From Mizuhopecten yessoensis (taxonomy: Eukaryota): a stretch of 64,000 nt of DNA. Location of the stretch: the NCBI RefSeq assembly GCF_002113885.1, contig NW_018406874.1, positions 207,293 through 271,292 of the forward strand, given 5' to 3'. This document shows positions 57,070-64,000 of the stretch, piece by piece. Position 1 is the stretch's first letter; each line of letters opens with the position of its first letter. The notes beneath the pieces were generated by a model. That model searched no databases and had not been told where the DNA came from. It worked only from the letters and a program-made list of their open reading frames with translations. Position numbers and translations under genes: made by a program.

Positions 57070-57890
57070 TTTAAATAATCAGAAGTTGCATGTACATTAT
57101 TATGCATTTTATATAAAAGTTTGCGTTTTCTTCGTTTTCTTCGTTTTCTTCTATTGGAAAGAGTTTCTAGACCATTTTCAAAATATAAAGCATCTATACT
57201 TGCATATGAAGATTACCCTGTGATAATACAGGCAGCCATTCAACAATTCACATACATATTGCATTGAGTTAAAAGTTAAACCTAAGTGCTAATGATGATC
57301 AGTAATAGTTTAAAAACGTCCATCAAAAATAAAATCTGAATCTTCCTCAATCTTGTTAGAATCTAAAATGAACAGTACATCATGCAGTTTTATCTTGGTT
57401 AAATGTCATCAGCCATTTTTTGCCATATGATAAGAGACTCGATATCTCTATTTAACGTTGTTTGAATGTAATACATGACGATGATGGTTTTAGTCAATGT
57501 GTATCACCTGCCAAGAGACGGTTAGAAGTTTTTAAAACAATGACAATATCATTGATTTAATTAAAAACAAAAGCAGTCTAAGCTTTGAGCCCCGAGGAAC
57601 TCCTTCTTCGATTAAACCTAACCTCCAGAATTAGAATGGTGTAAAAAGACATTCCGATATCTCTGAGAGAAATAATTTTCTAACCACAGACAAAATTCAC
57701 CGGGAATTCCATGGGATTTACCTTCGCCATCAAACCTTGATGTCAAAACTCCTCAGTGAAGACTTTGCCGAGATTAAGTGTGTGGACTAGAACACAAATA
57801 CCAACAAAGGACATATCAAGTCGGCAATGTATGTGAGAGTCAGCTATAATTAGGTCGTCGGTAGAAACCTGGTCATCCACACGAGCTTTG
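57070..57890 (-). mobile_element. Decayed CR1-clade LINE reverse transcriptase relic
   Basis: Minus translation with stops and frameshifts: LNLGKVF, HQGLMAK, HGIPGEFCLWLENYFSQR, GVPRGSKLRLLLFLI, INDIV, RLLAGDT (FADD box), WLMTFNQDKT, HLGLTF, LYFENGLETLSNRR, LYKMHN. Confidence 0.88.
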
Positions 57891-57971
57891 GTAAATATAC
57901 AGTGTCATATTCACTGGCTATGTCTTCAATGTAGTCTTTATACCTGCCACTTCTAACTCGAAAGCTCGGTA

Positions 57972-58146
57972 GTATCGGGTATCGGGCTAGGATTGGACTC
58001 CAGTATCGGGCTAGGATTGGAGTCAGGTATCGGGCTAGGATTGGACTCAAGTATCGGGCTAGGATTGGACTCCAGTATCGGGCTAGGATTGGACTCAGGT
58101 ATCGGACTAGGATTGGACTCACGTTTCGGGCTAGGATTGGACTCAA
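57972..58146. repeat. Minisatellite, 24 bp unit, 7 copies
   Basis: GTATCGGGCTAGGATTGGACTCCA at 57979, 58003, 58027, 58051, 58075, 58099 and 58123. Confidence 0.95.
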
Positions 58147-59054
58147 TGTTCATATGCTTCAATAATAATGGGAGTAAAATTAATGTAAGCTTAAAACGTT
58201 TAAGTGATTAATTTATCATACAAATAACAGCAACTCAAGTCGCTACCCTGTAAGCAAGACTTTTAACTAAAAGAGAACTAAAGGAATGATTCCATTAAAC
58301 ATTCATCGTAGACATTGCAATAAAAGACAACGATCGCTATTATACGATATCCATTATTAAATGCGTAGCAGATGGAGTTGAAGAAACGGCGATCTGGTAT
58401 CTTACAAGGACAAGCTAAAGACACAACCCAGCAAAAGAGTTCCCTAACTTGTGTCAATAGAGAGAACCAAGCAAAAATAACCTTCACAAAGGCCAGGAAC
58501 AATACGGAAATACAAGTACAAATCACAGGACAACCCAGATAAAAGAAGGACATTTGAATGGAGACAGGGCAGATAAGGGATTGGTTTTGATGTTCTATCT
58601 ATAAAGGTTTAACACTTCTGTCGCTATTTTCACAACTTCACTGTTCAAAATAAAGTGATGAAAATGATTAAATGGATTTATTTAAAATGCGAGTAACCAG
58701 GATATATTACAATAAGCAGGATGATAAATTATAATAAAATAAAGGTTAAAAACCCGATATCGTCACAGAAGCACAGTTTGAACTCCATACCTGTTAGGCA
58801 GTTACAATCACAAATCAAAAAGCACAAGAGAAAAAAAAGACGTTTTTTGTATCGTTGGTTATGTGAGAACTTTTGATTTTTTCACAGACAAAATAATAGA
58901 GGAAAACTACTCATTACAAAATTATGGCATATCTTAATTTATTTCTTCTGATGTTTTAGTAGTGCAACTTCAACATGCACATAAACACACACTAAATAAA
59001 AAAGAAAGAAAGTACAATGACGCCAACATCCACACAATGAAAACATAAGATGCA

Positions 59055-59970
59055 GTGTCAACATGTACACAATACCAAAATATCTCTCAGCGTCAACATG
59101 TACACAATACCAAAATATGTCTCAGTGTCAACAAGCACACAATACCAAAATATCTCTCAGCGTCAACATCCACACAATACCAAAATATCTCTCAGCGTCA
59201 ACATGTACACAACACCAAAATATGTCTCAGTGTCAACATCCACACAATACCAAAATATCTCTCAGCGTCAACATGTACTCAATACCAAAATATGTCTCAG
59301 TGTCAACATCCACACAATACCAAAATATCTCTCAATGTCAACATGCACACTATACTAAAATATCTCTCAGCGTCAACATGCACACAATACCAAAATATCT
59401 CTCAATGTCAACATGCACACTATACTAAAATATCTCTCAGCGTCACCATGTACACAACACCAAAATATCTCTCAATGTCAACATGCACACAATACCAAAA
59501 TATCCCTCAGCGTCAACATGTACACAACACCAAACTATCTATCAATGTCAACATGCACACAATACCAAAATATGTCTCAGTGTCAACATGCACACAATAC
59601 CAAAATATCCCTCAGCGTCAACATGCACACAATATCAAAATATCTCTCAGCGTCAACATGTACACAATACCAAAATATCTCTCAGCGTCAACGTATACAC
59701 AATACCAAAATATCTCTCAGCGTCAACATATACACAATACAAAATATATCTCCGCGTCAATATGCACACAACAACAAAATATATCTCCGCGTCAACATGC
59801 ACACCATACAAAATATCTCTCAGCATGGACGTGCACACAATTCCAAAATTTCTCTCAGCGTCAATATGTACACAACACCAAAATATCTCTCAGTGTCAAT
59901 ATGCACGCAATACCAAAATATCTCTCAGCGTGGACGTGCACACAAGACCAAATATACCACAGCGTCAATG
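59055..59970. repeat. Tandem array, 35 bp unit, ~26 copies
   Basis: GTCAACATGTACACAATACCAAAATATCTCTCAGC; anchors at 59057 and 59092; more diverged toward the 3' end. Confidence 0.95.
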
Positions 59971-60576
59971 GTAAAACAACACAATAAAACAAAATCTGAA
60001 TTCAAAATTTGATATGACATAATTGTAAAACCATATACTAAATATTTCAAAGTTTCAAAACGAATGCTGGCTTGTTATCTAGATCATGAAACTCGAGTAG
60101 GTTAATTTTTAAATTGTATAAAGACAATAAACAACATAGATTTCTATATATAATCTAAGGATCACACTGAAGTAAAATATGGTTGCTGATAAAATATTCC
60201 ATGAAACTCGTAACTTCAACGAATAAGTCCCTCTCAAGGCCGAGGAATGGAGAAACCTTTGAATGAAGCCGAACTGGATACGGACAAATTATATGTAGAT
60301 CATTAATTAAACAAAGTCCAAGACTCAGAACATGTTATATCTAAGATCATAACGCCTCTCGTATCCTCCAGAGCCTTAAGAAAAATAGACAGTTTACCAT
60401 TTCCATGATTCCGGGGCAGGTTTGGGGAAATATAGGCCTGCTGCATCATAGTACATGGAATAGTAAGAAACCGTGATTTATTTGTTACATCAGACTTTAA
60501 CAAATATGTTCTTTTACGACTTTTTTTCGTTGATGTATCCCTGGGAACCCGTCTTCATCCGACCATAGCTGTCGAG

Positions 60577-61535
60577 AGGACTATAACCCGCTATAGGACT
60601 ACCCGCTATAGGACTATAACCCGCTATAGGACTATAACCCACTATAGGACTATAACCCCCTATAGGACTATAACCCGCTAAAGGACTATAACCCGCTATA
60701 GGACTACCCGCTATAGGACTATAACCCCCTATAGGACTATAACCCGCTATAGGACTATAACCCCCTATAGGACTATAACCCACTATAGGACTATAACCCC
60801 CTATAGGACTATAACCCGCTATAGGACTATAACCCGCTATAGGACTATAACCCACTATAGGACTATAACCCCCTATAGGACTATAACCCGCTAAAGGACT
60901 ATAACCCGCTATAGGACTACCCGCTATAGGACTATAACCCCCTATAGGACTATAACCCGCTATAGGACTATAACCCCCTATATGACTATAACCCACTATA
61001 GGACTATAACCCCCTATAGGACTATAACCCCCTATAGGACTATAACCCGCTATAGGACTATAACCCACTATAGGACTATAACCCACTATAGGACTATAAC
61101 CCCCTATAGGACTATAACCCGCTATAGGACTATAACCCGCTATATGACTATAACCCACTATAGGACTATAACCCCCTATAGGACTATAACCCCCTATAGG
61201 ACTATAACCCGCTATAGGACTATAACCCACTATAGGACTATAACCCACTATAGGACTATAACCCCCTATAGGACTATAACCCGCTATAGGACTATAACCC
61301 GCTATAGGACTATAACCCACTATAGGACTATAACCCCCTATAGGACTATAACCCGCTAAAGGACTATAACCCGCTATAGGACTANGTATAATAAAGGATT
61401 ATAACCCCCTATATAGGAATTAACCCCCTATAGGACTATAACCCGCTATAGGACTATAACCCCCTATAGGACTATAACCCGATATAGGACTATAACCCGC
61501 TAAAGGATTATAACCCCCTATATAGGACTATAACC
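60577..61535. repeat. Minisatellite, 18 bp unit, at least 50 copies (contains N at 61385)
   Basis: AGGACTATAACCC[G/C/A]CTAT repeated, with occasional 15 bp units; true length is uncertain because of the N. Confidence 0.96.
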
Positions 61536-61769
61536 TCGCGTGGCCATTTATGGAATATTATGGAACATTCTATAAATGGCCATATGAGATGCAATCACTA
61601 GTATATCAGTGTGGGGAATTGAGAATGATGTCGAAATATCGGAAAGTCGCACTGTAGGCATGGTTTAAAGGAGTACCTAGAAGAGAGTCAACTGTTCGTA
61701 CATTTTTATTAATATGCTCTACATCATGGCTACATATGGTCGACTAATCCAATGACACATGTGCACTGA

Positions 61770-62090
61770 AAGGGGGATCTAATTTCAGAGGTATACGTCT
61801 AATGAGCTGTTTATGCAAATTATTTACCGTTCTCCTAAATAACCCTTTGCTAGACATTTGTATAGAGCATAATACCTTTACAGATGCACCGGGTGATTTT
61901 CGTCATGCATTAAGTACCACTGACGCTATTTTTGCTTTAAATTCGATAATATCAGAGAATTTAAGCACTTAGATATGTTATTGTTGTTTGTTGATTTTTC
62001 GTAAAGCTTTTCACTACGACGATGGAATAAGCCTGTGGAACAAGTTAGCTTTGGGGTACAAGGTAAAATGCGAAGGACTATTAGTCACTT
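61770..62090 (+). mobile_element. Decayed LINE reverse transcriptase N-terminal fragment
   Basis: NFRGIRLMSCLCKLFTVLLNNPL (from 61781), GDFRHALSTTDAIFALNSII, frameshifted CC-VD-FRKAF, LWNKL, GVQGKM. Confidence 0.85.
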
Positions 62091-62224
62091 AAAAACACAT
62101 TCATATTATTTATCAAATCATTCCAGGATTGGACTTGAAGGAATTGTTTCATCAAACTTCGTTCCTGTGTCTTTATGTGAACTATTTTGAGTATCAATAG
62201 ATATGCTTCAAGTAACATGTTTGC

Positions 62225-62227
<3 letters not shown>

Positions 62228-62260
<33 letters not shown>
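62228..62260. repeat. (CT)n microsatellite
   Basis: About 16 CT units. Confidence 0.95.
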
Positions 62261-62262
<2 letters not shown>

Positions 62263-62621
62263 AATAGTACCATAAGGACGTTGATATTAACACTGTTGTT
62301 TATTTATTTGTCACATATTTCGACAAAGATGCAATTTATGCTTGGCACTCCCGGTGTATTTATCAACAAGCAGCTATTGAATCTCGAGCATAAAAAAAAG
62401 TTTCTTTCCATTAAAAAAGCTGTGTTCGGTGTCATGATCTAGTTCTGACTTGACCGTGTACATTTACCATACGTTACAATTTGGATAATTGTTTAAATTC
62501 ATGCAATTGTCTTTTATCCTCATGTTTCAATGATATAAAACATGAAACTGATCGATTCAATCCTCAATCTCATTGTGTGACTTTCACTAAACGTTGATCA
62601 TCCTAACCACGGACTTAGATA

Positions 62622-62709
62622 ATCTAATTCCGTGTCCTAACTAAGTTTTGGAGAGGAGTGGTTTAGATCATCTAATTCCGTGTCCTAACTAAGTTTTGGA
62701 GAGGAGTGG
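62622..62709. repeat. Tandem duplication, 48 bp period, 2 copies
   Basis: CTAATTCCGTGTCCTAACTAAGTTTTGGAGAGGAGTGG at 62624 and 62672. Confidence 0.92.
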
Positions 62710-62825
62710 ATAATCCTCTTTTATGTATTATCAATATTGTTTCCATTTATTTTACAGCGTATAGAAATCAGGCCTTGCGAACTGATATTATGATCTTTAG
62801 AAATCCAGTACATGTGATCATTATG

Positions 62826-63530
62826 AACAAGATTTACGCGTAATTATATGTGTCGCCTGTCCCGCTTTGTCAACATAATAAGCATTTGACATAGTACATA
62901 AGGAAACGGACCTAAACGCAAAATCATAACATTAATTTTTTTTTGAAAGTCCAGAAATTTCAGGTTTTTATCCGAAAAAATGCAGAAACCCATGAAATGT
63001 TTTTAGAGTAGTAGGCTCTAATACCCATGATACATGTATGATTGAGGTTTGGTTGGTGTAGCTCTTATACTCTGTCAGAAAGAGCCTAATATGCAAGAGC
63101 TAAACGCAAAACCTTAACGTTGAGTTTTTTCTAAGTCCAGAAGTTTGAGGTTTTTAGCCAAAAAAAACAGAAATCGTTGAAATGCTAGTAAAGAGTGTAA
63201 TGCATTCAGCTATACATCCCATGATACACCTATGACCCAAGTTTGGTTGCTCTAGCATTTATACTTTGTCAGAAACAGCCTAATATGTAAGAGCTAAACG
63301 CAAAACCTTAACGTTGAGTTTTTTTCTAAGTCCAAAAATTTGAGAAATTATTGAAATGTTTTTAGTGCAGAAGGCTCCACTACCCAAGCTTCATCTATGA
63401 TCGAGGTTTTGTTGGTGTAGCTTTGTCAGAAACAGAGCTAAACGCAAAACCTTAACATTGTTGACGCCGCCGCCGTCGGAAAAGCAACGCCTATGTGTCT
63501 TTCCGACATCCGTCGTAGGCGACACAAAAA
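62826..63530 (-). mobile_element. Non-autonomous Helentron-type element (HINE/DINE-1-like) with internal tandem repeats
   Basis: Subterminal inverted repeats TGTGTCGCCT (62849-62858) and AGGCGACACA (63517-63526); internal partial IR TGTGTCTTTC (~63494-63503); GACGCCGCCGCCGTC microsatellite-like patch (63463-63477); palindrome TTACGCGTAA (62834-62843); T-run and CTTGTT ends on the minus strand; central repeats with CTAAACGCAAAA at 62912, 63100, 63294 and 63438. Confidence 0.8.
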
Positions 63531-64000
63531 CGGGGTACATCAAATAACTACTATACTATCGAACTTACACCGAAGCAGTTTTGTTCAAATATACCCCGTT
63601 TGCGACTATCCGCCCAGGAACTTTGAAACTGGGAAGATATACAAAGTGAAGTCTGCTATTACGATTATTGAAATTGATGTCTCCGCCAAATCAGATGACA
63701 GGCGACTACATTGGACTTTTGAATCTCGACCTATCAGATGGCCGGTAACTACGTACTCTAGGAACCGCTAGGTTTGGACTTTGATCTGTGTGGAATTTAA
63801 AAACGAAGTTAAAAGTAACATTCTGGATTTTTTCTAAGAATACAAGCACATGGGCTCGGATTCGGAATACTTTCGGTTAGTAATAACCCTATACACACCA
63901 TCACTTCAACAATCTATTGAGTATAGCAATATTTTCCGATGCGTTGTAAAGCACAACGAATAAAGAATAAACACAAGTATGGGGCAAAACCTGAGCATTT

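Noticed and set aside
59050-60012. Cys/His/Gln-rich ORFs in all three plus frames
   Set aside because: A 35 bp unit cycling through frames; no zinc-finger spacing.
60514-61320. GYSPI[A/G/V] repeat ORF resembling Pol II CTD or Gly/Tyr-rich shell proteins
   Set aside because: Starts at a GTG inside an 18 bp minisatellite; no signal peptide; not YSPTSPS; DNA-level palindromic unit explains it.

Overview
AT-rich eukaryotic (animal) genomic DNA. The repeat content suggests a bivalve mollusc, but this is inference only. The one clearly supported cellular gene is a FoxB forkhead transcription factor (minus strand, ATG 38972 to stop 38037, 311 aa, uninterrupted CDS, eh1 motif). It has a TATA/CTCF-like proximal promoter and a probable 5'-UTR intron, and it sits in a ~60 kb stretch with no other recognisable gene but several GC-richer, motif-dense islands that look like distal enhancers. 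The rest is repeat-derived: large tandem arrays (66, 48, 35 and 18 bp units), small arrays (21, 24, ~102 bp), a young LINE (ORF1 C-terminus plus APE endonuclease) cut by an assembly gap, two decayed LINE RT relics, decayed Penelope-like RT fragments, a complete Helentron-type non-autonomous element, and one minimal hammerhead ribozyme with an intact core plus several decayed hammerhead relics. I cannot support a claim of a wholly new system. The best leads are the hammerhead nested in a long hairpin ~4 kb upstream of FoxB on the same strand, forkhead-consensus sites repeated in two upstream satellites, and traces of how the satellites arose. The long repetitive ORFs in the ORF track are by-products of the satellites. 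All homology calls are by eye; no searches were run.
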